In this document: piece after piece, positions 19,301 to 27,770 of the stretch | Layout: each line of letters begins with the position of its first letter | How positions within the stretch are numbered: position 1 is the stretch's first letter | From: a virus | Taxonomy: Duplodnaviria > Caudoviricetes | Virus record (IMG/VR): IMGVR_UViG_3300020294_000017 | Location: 1 to 33,478 of that record | Length of the DNA: 33,478 nucleotides | Reading direction: 5' to 3' (one strand) | The notes under the pieces: generated by a model | Databases searched by the model: none | The model's input: the letters and a program-made list of their open reading frames with translations, nothing else | What the model was told of the DNA's origin: nothing | Translations under genes and position numbers: made by a program

Positions 19301-19710
19301 CAATTCTATTTACTGTTGATGAAGCAACTGAAACTGCTACATCAGGACCAAATAAAGGAAAAACTACAGTTACATTTAATGAATTTATTCCATATGCTGT
19401 TGCTGCTGGTACTAAAGTAGAGTTAGTAAGGTTGAGTAGGATTATTACCAGTTCACATTCTTTTGAATATATTGGTGCTGGTACAGATATAAATACAGCT
19501 AACCCATTCCAGGCTGGAAAACCAATACCAGAAAATGAAGTTGTTGCCATTAATGGTGGTCAAGTTCCTTTCACAAGTACGGATCAAAAAGGTAATTTTA
19601 GAATTGGTGACGGATTGACAATTGATCAAACTACGTCTACAATACGAGGAAGGGATTTTAATAGAGCAATACAAGCACAATTAACACCACTGATATTAGC
19701 ATTGAAATAA
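16306..19710 (+). CDS. Large virion structural/tail-fibre-like protein (VGIGT repeats, 12-aa repeats, C-terminal parallel beta-helix-like domain)
   Basis: Repeated (R)VGIGT.QP.G.LQV units; TLDVDG.TTLN repeats; YWVTKDGTDTNTG...TIGAA...GDTIKVRSGVYTE pectin-lyase-like start. Confidence 0.75.
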   Translation: MTQEKEKFPHNPDYDRKDTNTASQITEFNDDVYVYGTLYADVFGSALSVDNLTELTVGKLTVEDDAFFEQDVYIDGELYSEYLTVKQRFNVGVGGTVLTAISSEKYEDDGQIPGRVGIGTSQPDGRLQVSVGGEGLDPEMPIDPLYSALIVTDEGSIGIGTTQPDGKFQIGNECLTVTEECRVGIGTTLPDGKLQVGWRDSGFILAQNATTGVTSVGIGTTQPYQRLQVGERDNSFVVTETGTVGIGSTDPGNIPGYNVGTDGPIKLDVEGSVKIDRNIIDSADSPGINGYYLNQDANGIRWIQASPIELDGMYAQDEGVYLPTGGTAQLFTVFNYKQINSNGTGVDNLIPIPNPNNPTMICDVQTQDFWGHNGTDIYRMTKVGIGINNPTSTLDVTGTVHATGSVDFDSTLNVDGDTTLNATLDVDGATTLNSTLDVDGDTTLNATLDVDGATTLNSTLDVDGKSTFNDGTDASSPTVASVQLDGGLGVVKKVHVGGKVTVDDTTQSTDKDTGSIITEGGIGIEKNLNVGENAKVFGTLELESYLIDKLDDVGHNAGRAKNDYRLAAVSNGVKWRPSGVETKNTYWVTKDGTDTNTGLLEGDAKLTIGAAAAVAQPGDTIKVRSGVYTENNPIGLQRDVSVTGEDLRLVTVVPSNSDRDVFHVRRGCLIENLSFHGVNGVATNHDGNMGAVAFPPTSVDINTGEFFGAASGYTNPGPANEGPTGRYKSPYIRNCTNFMTGSIGMKINGRHVDASFGGTNDLGQDLKSMVCDSFTQYNEAGIGVSISHNAYAQLVSIFTIGCEIGIGCTSGGQCDLTNSNSSFGIFGLVADGVGAVEFDATTEEAIGGESDTIKLLDCEDFNSPTRRQRTPFDGQGAYFHLNLSTYQDVLPAFTGTVTEPLQLIRGITITNGGNPGDYSASAPPVVTASLPQGPEAIFAEFSPNISEEGILTSIDVIASGRNFLPKNNNVSTRDNTKEQEVIITISGTGSATAEADMDPILFTVDEATETATSGPNKGKTTVTFNEFIPYAVAAGTKVELVRLSRIITSSHSFEYIGAGTDINTANPFQAGKPIPENEVVAINGGQVPFTSTDQKGNFRIGDGLTIDQTTSTIRGRDFNRAIQAQLTPLILALK
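17551..17694 (+). repeat. 72-bp tandem duplication (2 copies, 71/72 identical) encoding GDTTLNATLDVDGATTLNSTLDVD
   Basis: 17551-17622 equals 17623-17694 except the last base. Confidence 0.9.
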
Positions 19711-21345
19711 ATGGCAATAGCACCCGTAAATAAGTTTATTAATATTTCTGTTCCTGTAGCACCTGGAGCACAAAAATTATATGAAGTTCCTACAGGAACT
19801 ACTTCATTATTACTTTATGCACAGGTTGCTAATGTTGCCATAGGTGTTACTTATCCGACAGTTACATTTTGGCAAAAACGAGAGAGTAGAAGCACTGGTA
19901 ATAAAAGAGATATAAGAGTATTAAAAGATGTAGAGATACCACCAAATGATGGTGTAATATTGGTTGATGGTAGAATGGTGTTGGAGAAAACACCATTAGT
20001 ATTGGATCGTATTTACATACAGGGAACACAACAAAATGTTGGTGTTATAACTGGTGTGGATTATGATGAACCAACAGGTATTGCCACAGTTATGTGTGGT
20101 GGTGTTCATAAGTTGAATACTGGTGATCCAGTAACTATGAGTGGAATATATTTTACTTGCGGTACAAAATATACTCCTGGTAACGCAACAACATATAATC
20201 CTACTACTGGTCTTCTTGTATTAGATATAGGTACTCATTCATTAGTAACTGGGCAAACTATTAAGATTGCTGACAACGCAATGCAGTTTACTTGTACTCA
20301 AGGTAGTGGTACTCATGCTTATCCTAGATCAACAGACTTTTCTAGTGGTAGATCGTTAGTTATTCAAGCAGTTACGGCAACTACTGTTACTGTACAGGTT
20401 ATTCAATCTCCTCCTTCCACAAATACAACAGTTCATACATTTGTACAAGATAGTGGAGTTCTTGATTCTGTTACAGGTAATAATTACAGTGGAATTACTA
20501 CAAATTTATTCCCTGATCCACAACAATCTTATACTGTTGATGAAATAATTGATAATGTTGGAACTTCAAAGACTTTCTCTGCTTATCTTGGTAGTTCTAA
20601 AGGAAATAAGCATACTTACGAACCAGCACAACATAGATTTGTTCGTGCTAGACCCGAAGCAGTTGAAGTTATTAGTAGTAGTGGTCACTCTGGATTAGAT
20701 AATTTTACTGCTACTACTGGTACATCATACAATCCAAATACGGGTGTTCTTAGTGTTACAACTACGACTGCTCACCAAATGTCTAATGGAAATAGGGTTA
20801 AATTTGCTCTTAATTCATTTACTTTTGAATGTGATAATGATAATAGAGCAACACAACATCAATATCCAAGAGCATCAGACCCTGCTAATGGTAAGTGGTT
20901 AGAGGTTTCCAATGTACAGACTAATAGTTTCGATGTACAAGTATTAGATTTAGTTCCATCTACTAATACATCAACTCATTATTGGATGTCCTCTACAGGA
21001 AATGGTATAACTAGACAAGGTACTATGTTTAATGTATCTGGTGCTGATTATAATCCTTCGACTGGTGAAATTGTATTGACTATTGGACCAAATAGTTTAG
21101 CTAATGGTGATACTATACAAATATATGATAATAGTTTGATATTTACTTGTACTATGGATAACCATTACACAGAACATCCTTACCCAAGACCTACTGATCC
21201 TGCCTCTGGTGCAGCATTATCAATGGCTGTTGCTGGTACTAATTCTTCAATTAGGGTCAATGTTGGAAAATCATATTCTGGTGGGTATTTTGCTCCAGTA
21301 GAGATGGAGTTCATAGCAAGTATTCTTGAAAATAGTAATGTATAA
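19711..21345 (+). CDS. Virion structural protein with four related beta modules
   Basis: Four copies of Y(N/D)..TG...(H).L..G..(V/I)...F.C; three continue with H.YPR.(T/S)D. Confidence 0.7.
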   Translation: MAIAPVNKFINISVPVAPGAQKLYEVPTGTTSLLLYAQVANVAIGVTYPTVTFWQKRESRSTGNKRDIRVLKDVEIPPNDGVILVDGRMVLEKTPLVLDRIYIQGTQQNVGVITGVDYDEPTGIATVMCGGVHKLNTGDPVTMSGIYFTCGTKYTPGNATTYNPTTGLLVLDIGTHSLVTGQTIKIADNAMQFTCTQGSGTHAYPRSTDFSSGRSLVIQAVTATTVTVQVIQSPPSTNTTVHTFVQDSGVLDSVTGNNYSGITTNLFPDPQQSYTVDEIIDNVGTSKTFSAYLGSSKGNKHTYEPAQHRFVRARPEAVEVISSSGHSGLDNFTATTGTSYNPNTGVLSVTTTTAHQMSNGNRVKFALNSFTFECDNDNRATQHQYPRASDPANGKWLEVSNVQTNSFDVQVLDLVPSTNTSTHYWMSSTGNGITRQGTMFNVSGADYNPSTGEIVLTIGPNSLANGDTIQIYDNSLIFTCTMDNHYTEHPYPRPTDPASGAALSMAVAGTNSSIRVNVGKSYSGGYFAPVEMEFIASILENSNV

Positions 21346-21347
21346 TT

Positions 21348-23609
21348 ATGCCAAGGTATCTTAGTGGTAGAGTAAAAAAGGATCCTCCTGAGAAGTTAGA
21401 TCCAGAAAGGTATCAATACCTTGGTCTTAACCAAGCAGAACCTACTTTAGGTGATCCTGGTACTAGTGATCCTGTTCCTTCTGGAACTCAGTATCAGTTA
21501 GTTGCTGTTCCTGGTAATCCTGGCAAACGATATTGGGTTCCTACTGGTGGTGGATTAATTCCTGGTTCTATTAGTGTATATGATGAAGGAACTATAGTAG
21601 GTACTGCTAATAGCATTACTCAACTTAATTTTGAAGGTGCTGCTGTAACTGCTTTTGTAGATGTTCAGAACCCTTCAGGACATCCAGGTATTGCTGCTAC
21701 TATAACTGTTATTCCAACTACTATTGGTGAAGATCCTCCTGCAGATCCTAATCATGGAGAATTGTGGTGGGAGAGTGATAGTGGAGATTTATTCATATAT
21801 TTTGTTGATGAAGATGGAACTGGTGTATGGGCAACTGCTAACTCAGGAGGTGGTAATGTAAATCCAGGACCACCTGGACCTGCTGGTCCTCCTGGTCAAA
21901 CTGGATTAAGTGGTCCTGATGGACCTCCTGGTTTACAAGGACCTCCTGGTAATCCTTCAAATGTAGCAGGACCACCTGGTGATACTGGTCCTCCTGGTGT
22001 ACAAGGACCACCTGGTCCCGCATCAACTGTAGCAGGACCTCCTGGAACAATTGGACCACCTGGACCTCCTGGTGATGAGGGTCCTCCTGGTCCCGATACT
22101 GGACCTCCTGGTGACGCTGGTCCTCCTGGTGATGCTGGACCTCCTGGTGATATAGGTGATTCTGGACCTCCTGGTACAGTTGGACCACCTGGTGATTCTG
22201 GACCTCCTGGTACTGAAGCAGGACCTCCTGGTACAATAGGACCTCCTGGTGATGCTGGTCCTGATGGACCTCCTGGTACTGAAGCAGGACCACCTGGAAC
22301 TGTTGGACCACCTGGACCTGCTGGTCCTGATGGACCTCCTGGTACTGAAACAGGACCTCCTGGTACAATAGGACCTCCTGGTGGTGCTGGTAATCCTGGT
22401 CCTCCTGGTACTCAAGCAGGACCACCTGGTACAATAGGACCACCTGGAACTGTTGGTCCTCCTGGTGCTAGTCCTGCAGGTCCTCCTGGTGATCCTGGTG
22501 ATCCTGGTCCTCCTGGTACAATTGGACCACCTGGTGCTAGTCCTGCTGGACCTCCTGGTACAATAGGACCTCCTGGTACAATTGGACCACCTGGTGCTAG
22601 TCCTGCTGGACCTCCTGGTGATCCTGGTGATCCTGGTCCTCCTGGCGATCCTGGTCCTCCTTCAACTACAGCAGGACCACCTGGTACAATAGGACCACCT
22701 GGTACAATTGGTCCTCCTGGTAATAGTCCTCCTGGTACAATCGGTCCTCCTGGAACAATTGGACCACCTGGTACAATAGGACCACCTGGTGATGATGGTG
22801 ATGCTGGTCCTCCTGGTACACAAGCAGGTCCTCCTGGAACAATTGGACCACCTGGTACAATTGGTCCTCCTGGTTCATCTGGAGGTGGAAGCACTCTAAA
22901 ACCTTTTAATAGATTTGTATATACTGGAGGATTAACTGGATATAGCCCTACATCTGGAGCCGTATTCATTCGTGTCCAACTTATTGGTGGTGGAGGTGGT
23001 AGTGGAGCCTTTAATACTACAAGTAATTGGGGTGGTAATCCATCAATTCAAAACTCTACTAATGCAACTTATGGTGGAGGTGGTGGTGCTTACTCTGAGT
23101 TATGGGTCAGAGCTTCTGATATAGTTTCTGGTGGAATGGATGGTGGATCTGGAGGATCTGCTGGACAATTCAATGCTGGTAGTCAGTCACAACGTGACGG
23201 TGGTGATGGTACTTGGGCTCAGTTCTATACTAATTTCCCATCTGGAGGAATTCTTTTAAGAGCTAATGGTGGAGATGGAGTTGCTGGACATAACAGTGGT
23301 AGTTCAAAGACTGGTTCTGGTGGAAGTACTTCAGGTGCTTTTCAAGTTCTTAGTGGTTCTTATTCTTATATGTCTGCTCCAATTTTAAAACCTGGAATGA
23401 ATGGGAATGCTCAAACTTATGTTGCAAGTGATTCTCGTTTGAGTACTCTTTACTATACTAGTGTTGATGGTGGACTTGCTGGTGATGGTGGTTGGTATTA
23501 TGGTAAGGGTGGTTATGGTCGTTTTTGTACGACTCAAACTAATACTTCTTCTAATGGATCTGCAGGAACCACTGGTTGTTGTATTATTACAGAGTTCGGA
23601 GCGTTTTAA
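21348..23609 (+). CDS. Collagen-like fibre protein with glycine-rich C-terminal domain
   Basis: N-terminal region with [16 protein letters not shown]...W motif, ~336 aa of GPP-rich Gly-X-Y, then a [11 protein letters not shown]...GCCIITEF domain. Confidence 0.85.
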   Translation: MPRYLSGRVKKDPPEKLDPERYQYLGLNQAEPTLGDPGTSDPVPSGTQYQLVAVPGNPGKRYWVPTGGGLIPGSISVYDEGTIVGTANSITQLNFEGAAVTAFVDVQNPSGHPGIAATITVIPTTIGEDPPADPNHGELWWESDSGDLFIYFVDEDGTGVWATANSGGGNVNPGPPGPAGPPGQTGLSGPDGPPGLQGPPGNPSNVAGPPGDTGPPGVQGPPGPASTVAGPPGTIGPPGPPGDEGPPGPDTGPPGDAGPPGDAGPPGDIGDSGPPGTVGPPGDSGPPGTEAGPPGTIGPPGDAGPDGPPGTEAGPPGTVGPPGPAGPDGPPGTETGPPGTIGPPGGAGNPGPPGTQAGPPGTIGPPGTVGPPGASPAGPPGDPGDPGPPGTIGPPGASPAGPPGTIGPPGTIGPPGASPAGPPGDPGDPGPPGDPGPPSTTAGPPGTIGPPGTIGPPGNSPPGTIGPPGTIGPPGTIGPPGDDGDAGPPGTQAGPPGTIGPPGTIGPPGSSGGGSTLKPFNRFVYTGGLTGYSPTSGAVFIRVQLIGGGGGSGAFNTTSNWGGNPSIQNSTNATYGGGGGAYSELWVRASDIVSGGMDGGSGGSAGQFNAGSQSQRDGGDGTWAQFYTNFPSGGILLRANGGDGVAGHNSGSSKTGSGGSTSGAFQVLSGSYSYMSAPILKPGMNGNAQTYVASDSRLSTLYYTSVDGGLAGDGGWYYGKGGYGRFCTTQTNTSSNGSAGTTGCCIITEFGAF
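21867..22874 (+). repeat. Collagen Gly-X-Y coding repeats
   Basis: Recurring GG(A/T) CC(A/T) CCT GGT units with internal near-exact duplications. Confidence 0.95.
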
Positions 23610-23611
23610 TT

Positions 23612-23998
23612 ATGTCTGATTTAATCAAATTAGTATGGGTAGATTCTAATAATAAGGTTGAGAGTATTGCTTATGGAACCACGACTGCTGGATATCTTGG
23701 TGATCCAATTTCTATTGCTGATACTACAACTCGTATCGATAAGGGGTATACATACAATAGTGATGGTACTTTTACTGGAGTAGATATTCCATTAGATAGA
23801 TCAACAGAAGAGCATTTGATCATTCTTAGAACTTGTAGAGATGCTAAACTTGCTGAAAGTGATTGGACAATTTTACCTGATTCCCCATTCAGTGATTCAA
23901 AAATAGTAGAATGGAAATCATATAGACAAACATTAAGAGATCTTCCAGCAAATACTTCTGATCCTAGTAGTCCAACGTGGCCAACAAAACCTAGTTAA
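23612..23998 (+). CDS. Tail fibre assembly chaperone-like protein
   Basis: [20 protein letters not shown].....[12 protein letters not shown]......WPTKP. The ATG at 23612 (2 nt after the upstream stop) is preferred over the overlapping start at 23576. Confidence 0.8.
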   Translation: MSDLIKLVWVDSNNKVESIAYGTTTAGYLGDPISIADTTTRIDKGYTYNSDGTFTGVDIPLDRSTEEHLIILRTCRDAKLAESDWTILPDSPFSDSKIVEWKSYRQTLRDLPANTSDPSSPTWPTKPS

Positions 23999-24000
23999 TA

Positions 24001-25872
24001 ATGCCTATAAATTTCCCATCAAATCCAGCACCTGGTGCCACATATGTATTTGGTATTGCATCTTGGCGATGGGATGGGGCTGTTTGGAGAAGAGTTCCTG
24101 ATCCTGGTGCTCAAGGACCTTCTGGTTCAGCAGGAAGTCCAGGAAATTCGGGACTTACTGGTGCTCCTGGACCTTCTGGTCCTCCTGGTTCTCCTTCTAG
24201 TGTAGCAGGACCACCTGGTAATCAAGGACCACCTGGACCTTCTGGTCCTCCTGGTCCAGCATCAACAGTAGCAGGACCACCTGGACCTGCTGGTGGACCT
24301 ATTGGACCACCTGGACCTGCTTCAACAGTACCTGGTCCTCCTGGACCTGGTGGTCCTCCTGGACCTGCTTCAACTATAGCAGGACCTCCTGGTAATCAAG
24401 GACCTCCTGGTATACAAGGTAATCCTGGACCTGCTTCTCAAGTTGCTGGACCTCCTGGTGCTCCTGGTAATGCTGGACCACCTGGACCTCAATCAACAGT
24501 AGCAGGACCTCCTGGTAATGCTGGTCCTCCTGGTGCACCTGGTGCTGGAACACCTGGTGCTGCTGGTCCTCCTGGACCTGCTGGTGGACCACCTGGACCT
24601 GCAGGACCACCTGGACCTGCTTCGACTATAGCAGGACCACCTGGACCCGCTTCAACAGTACAAGGACCACCTGGACCTTCTGGTCCTCCTGGTCAACAAG
24701 GACAACAGGGTACTCAAGGTAATGAAGGACCACCTGGACCTGGATCAACAGTAGCAGGACCACCTGGTAATACTGGTCCTCCTGGTAATGCTGGACCTCC
24801 TGGTGGTGAAGGACCACCTGGACCTCCATCTGGTGGTGCTTATCTTGTACCTGCTGGTGGAATTATTATGTGGTCTGGATCTACAAGTAATATACCTACA
24901 GGATGGAATTTATGTGATGGTACAAGTGGTACTCCTGATTTAACTGATAAGTTTGTTATTGGTGCTGGTAGTGCTTATTCTGTAGGTGGTGCTGGTGGTA
25001 GTAAAGATGCTGTTGTTATAGCTCATAGTCATGATGCTACTGGTACTGCAAGTGGTGGATCACATACACATGATGTTTCTGTAAGTGGAAATCATGGTCA
25101 TGATGCTTCTGCTTCTGTAAGTGGTAGTTTATCTCATAGTCACGATTTCTCTGGTGGTGGAAATCATAGTCATGATGCGTCTGGTTCTATAAGTGGTAGT
25201 ACATCTCATAGTCATTCTTTCTCTGGTGGTGGAAATCATAGTCATAGTATAAGTTCTGGATCTCATAGTCATTCTTTCTCTGGATCTGGATCTCATAGTC
25301 ATTCAGGATCTGCTGGTTCTCATAGTCATAGTGCTTCTGTTAGTGAAAGTGCTCACCAACATACTTCTGCTATACCTTCTGGATCTCAAGGGGTTGACAC
25401 AGATAGTCATGGATGGGATACTACTGTTGTTTCTGGTGCTGCTAACTCGCCAACTTGGGGAGCAACTACGGGTGCTAGTGTTTCCATCGGCAATGCTAAT
25501 CCTAGTCTTTCTATTGGAAGTGCCAGTGTTTCTATATCTGGTAGCACAGGTAGTTCTTCATCATCGGGTAGTTCAAGTACTGAATCTGTAAGTATCTCTG
25601 GATCTACAGGTGCTGCAAGTGCTGGATCATTAAGTGCTGGTGTTACTGTTGATTCTGAGTCTGTGTCTGTTTCTGGAACTACAAGTAGTGATACTGCAGG
25701 TTCAATAAGTGCTGGTGCTACAGTTGATGCTGAAAACGTTACTCTATCAGGTGCTACAAGTTCTGACGGTGGTACATTCTCCTCCTCTATAACTGTAGAT
25801 CAAGAAGGATCTAGTGGTGCTAATAAAAATTTACCCCCATATTACGCTTTATGCTTTATAATGAAGTCATGA
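24001..25872 (+). CDS. Collagen-like fibre with phage tail-collar domain and His-x-His needle
   Basis: FPSNP..G..Y....WRWDG.VW N-terminus; ~240 aa collagen; [10 protein letters not shown]...[23 protein letters not shown] collar; 11 HxH; closing [13 protein letters not shown]. Confidence 0.88.
   Translation: MPINFPSNPAPGATYVFGIASWRWDGAVWRRVPDPGAQGPSGSAGSPGNSGLTGAPGPSGPPGSPSSVAGPPGNQGPPGPSGPPGPASTVAGPPGPAGGPIGPPGPASTVPGPPGPGGPPGPASTIAGPPGNQGPPGIQGNPGPASQVAGPPGAPGNAGPPGPQSTVAGPPGNAGPPGAPGAGTPGAAGPPGPAGGPPGPAGPPGPASTIAGPPGPASTVQGPPGPSGPPGQQGQQGTQGNEGPPGPGSTVAGPPGNTGPPGNAGPPGGEGPPGPPSGGAYLVPAGGIIMWSGSTSNIPTGWNLCDGTSGTPDLTDKFVIGAGSAYSVGGAGGSKDAVVIAHSHDATGTASGGSHTHDVSVSGNHGHDASASVSGSLSHSHDFSGGGNHSHDASGSISGSTSHSHSFSGGGNHSHSISSGSHSHSFSGSGSHSHSGSAGSHSHSASVSESAHQHTSAIPSGSQGVDTDSHGWDTTVVSGAANSPTWGATTGASVSIGNANPSLSIGSASVSISGSTGSSSSSGSSSTESVSISGSTGAASAGSLSAGVTVDSESVSVSGTTSSDTAGSISAGATVDAENVTLSGATSSDGGTFSSSITVDQEGSSGANKNLPPYYALCFIMKS
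24106..24828 (+). repeat. Collagen Gly-X-Y coding repeats with recurring GPAST(V/I)AG interruptions
   Basis: Seen directly in the translation. Confidence 0.95.
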
Positions 25873-25884
25873 TACTTTAACAAT

Positions 25885-26478
25885 ATGAAATTTGATGATT
25901 TTATCTATGTAAACAAAAATGCTTTGAGTAAAGATGTATGTGAAAAGATAATAATAAAATTTGAAGAAGACGAACGTAAGTGTGTTGGGTATGTTGGAAC
26001 AACTCCTGACTGTAGAGAAGTTAATACAAAATTGAAAACTTCTACTGATCTGTTCATAACTGATCTGGAAGATTGGAAAGAAATTGACACACTACTTGCT
26101 AGATGTGTTAGTGAAAATATACAGAAGTATATTGATCATTCTTTTAAATTTTTTAACAGACTTGATCCAACTCCCAATCCATTCCACCATACAAATTTCA
26201 CTGATCATGGATATAATGTGAAAGCATATGAACCTGGTGGGTATTTTCATTGGCATGATGATTTTACAATAGATAGGGATTCTCCCAGAATGATTGCGAT
26301 GTTATTTTATTTGAATGATGTTGGGCAAGGTGGATACACTGAATTTATTAGTGGTAAGAAAGTTAGACCTTCTACTGGGAAGTTGATCATGTTTCCTGCT
26401 ACTTGGAATTTTATACATCGAGGAGTACCTCCTAAGAAAAATAAGAAGTATATTATATCCGCATACTTGCATCAATAG
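25885..26478 (+). CDS. 2OG-Fe(II) oxygenase, prolyl 4-hydroxylase-like
   Basis: Y.PGGYFHWHDD (HxD), R....LFYLND...GG.TEF, G.L..FPA.W...HRG.PP....KYI. Confidence 0.88.
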   Translation: MKFDDFIYVNKNALSKDVCEKIIIKFEEDERKCVGYVGTTPDCREVNTKLKTSTDLFITDLEDWKEIDTLLARCVSENIQKYIDHSFKFFNRLDPTPNPFHHTNFTDHGYNVKAYEPGGYFHWHDDFTIDRDSPRMIAMLFYLNDVGQGGYTEFISGKKVRPSTGKLIMFPATWNFIHRGVPPKKNKKYIISAYLHQ

Positions 26479-26495
26479 TATTTTTATAGTATAAT
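26467..26495 (+). promoter_or_regulatory. Possible sigma70-type promoter TTGCAT-17-TATAAT
   Basis: Perfect -10, partial -35, 17-nt spacer, 21 nt before the ATG at 26517. AT-rich background lowers confidence. Confidence 0.45.
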
Positions 26496-26516
26496 GTTAT
26501 TAATAGAATATTTTCA

Positions 26517-27158
26517 ATGAATGATTTAATACAGATAATAAGAGTACTTGATCAAAATGATCTGGCTGTTATAAATGCTTATATTGATACTTTAAGTTTT
26601 TCTGATTCGACAATATTTGCTACTTCTGGTGGTACTAGAACAGATACTAGTATTAGATCTAGTAAAGGTTGTCATTTAGCAGAGGCTGCAGATATGACTA
26701 AATTACTTCATAGTAAAATTAATAAGGGATTAGAAAAATATTACGCTAAAGTTTCTGAAATACATAATTCTTTTAAACATTATCCTGTTCCTTGTGGAAA
26801 TTCTACTACTTGTTGGAGAGAAGGAATACAGATTCTAGAATATCAAGGTAATCAAGAATATAAGTTTCATCATGATTGTGCCACTGATCCCAATATTCAG
26901 GCATATGAGAGAAAGTTATCAATAATTCTTTATTTGTCTGATGGTTTTGAGGGTGGTAAGACTGAATTTTTACATGATTCTTTTAAACCAGCTGCAGGAT
27001 CTGCTTTGATGTTCCCATCAAATTGGTGTTATCCACATTCAGGACAACCAGTTACTTCTGGTAAAAAGAGGGTAGCAGTAACTTGGTATTATGTTGATAA
27101 TGTACATTTTCCTAATGTATCCAAGTATGATCCTGTTACAGGGAAGAAGTTGAATTGA
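26517..27158 (+). CDS. 2OG-Fe(II) oxygenase, prolyl 4-hydroxylase-like
   Basis: RSS..., EGIQILEY...QEYKFHHD (HxD), R.LSIILYL...FEGG.T.F, HSGQPVTSGKKRVAVTW. Confidence 0.9.
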   Translation: MNDLIQIIRVLDQNDLAVINAYIDTLSFSDSTIFATSGGTRTDTSIRSSKGCHLAEAADMTKLLHSKINKGLEKYYAKVSEIHNSFKHYPVPCGNSTTCWREGIQILEYQGNQEYKFHHDCATDPNIQAYERKLSIILYLSDGFEGGKTEFLHDSFKPAAGSALMFPSNWCYPHSGQPVTSGKKRVAVTWYYVDNVHFPNVSKYDPVTGKKLN

Positions 27159-27183
27159 CATTCTATATAATGTCAGGTATAAT
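27155..27183 (+). promoter_or_regulatory. Consensus sigma70 (early-type) promoter TTGACA-17-TATAAT
   Basis: Perfect -35 (27155-27160) and -10 (27178-27183), followed by GAGG SD and the ATG at 27204. Confidence 0.88.
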
Positions 27184-27203
27184 ATTTAAAAATAGAGGTT
27201 TTT

Positions 27204-27407
27204 ATGGAACTTGGTGATAATGAGACAGTTGAAAAAATTGTTGTAGATGTCTGTGCTAGAAAATTTCTTTTGTATAGTGATTTAGGTAGCACTAGACAGG
27301 TTGTATGTGAAACCACAGAGCAATTCATGGATGTATTAGAAGTAGTTACTACTAAAGCTGAATCTGAGTTGATTGAGTATGCTGACATATCTGTTGATGT
27401 TAAATAG
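27204..27407 (+). CDS. Small hypothetical protein (67 aa)
   Basis: Own promoter and GAGG SD; acidic; no function recognised. Confidence 0.75.
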   Translation: MELGDNETVEKIVVDVCARKFLLYSDLGSTRQVVCETTEQFMDVLEVVTTKAESELIEYADISVDVK

Positions 27408-27426
27408 TATTACATAATAACTTTGT

Positions 27427-27729
27427 ATGGCTAAGTATAAAATAGATAAACAATTTTGCTGGTTTAGGAAAAAAAGTATTATTGTTCATATGTATTTTAT
27501 TAATGGTAAGCCATTTACATTTGACGAATTGCCTGATGGACATCTTGACGATTTAGAGTTACGTAGTAGAGCAGATAAGAATATATGTTTTGAAGATGAG
27601 GATTTGTATCAGAATTATTTCTATCTGATAGAGGAACAGATACATCCTGCATTCTTTGAAGTAGAGCTAGAAAACCCCGAAGAACTTCCTGACGAATTAA
27701 ATGCCACGATTGACGAGGAGGTTGACTAG
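27427..27729 (+). CDS. Small acidic hypothetical protein (100 aa)
   Basis: Compact ORF filling the gap (MYFINGKPFTFDELP...); no function recognised. Confidence 0.7.
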   Translation: MAKYKIDKQFCWFRKKSIIVHMYFINGKPFTFDELPDGHLDDLELRSRADKNICFEDEDLYQNYFYLIEEQIHPAFFEVELENPEELPDELNATIDEEVD

Positions 27730-27736
27730 CTAAATA
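27730..27736 (+). promoter_or_regulatory. Late promoter CTAAATA for the giant structural gene
   Basis: Directly after the previous stop; GGAG SD at 27763-27766; ATG at 27771. Confidence 0.65.
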
Positions 27737-27770
27737 GACCATAGGAACTTTTGGCCAAAAGTGGAGTAAG

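Noticed and set aside
21838-22969. Several minus-strand ORFs (201, 130, 185, 70 aa) over the first collagen gene, and similar ones at 24374-24829
   Set aside because: Shadows of the GGW-CCW-CCT repeat, which lacks antisense stops; low-complexity translations.
23576-23611. Upstream start assigned to the chaperone in the ORF track
   Set aside because: Overlaps the previous gene by 34 nt; the ATG at 23612 fits the tight operon spacing.
21867-24828. Short recurring DNA repeats suggesting a CRISPR array
   Set aside because: Repeats are in-frame codon repeats with wobble variation and no unique spacers; no cas genes seen.
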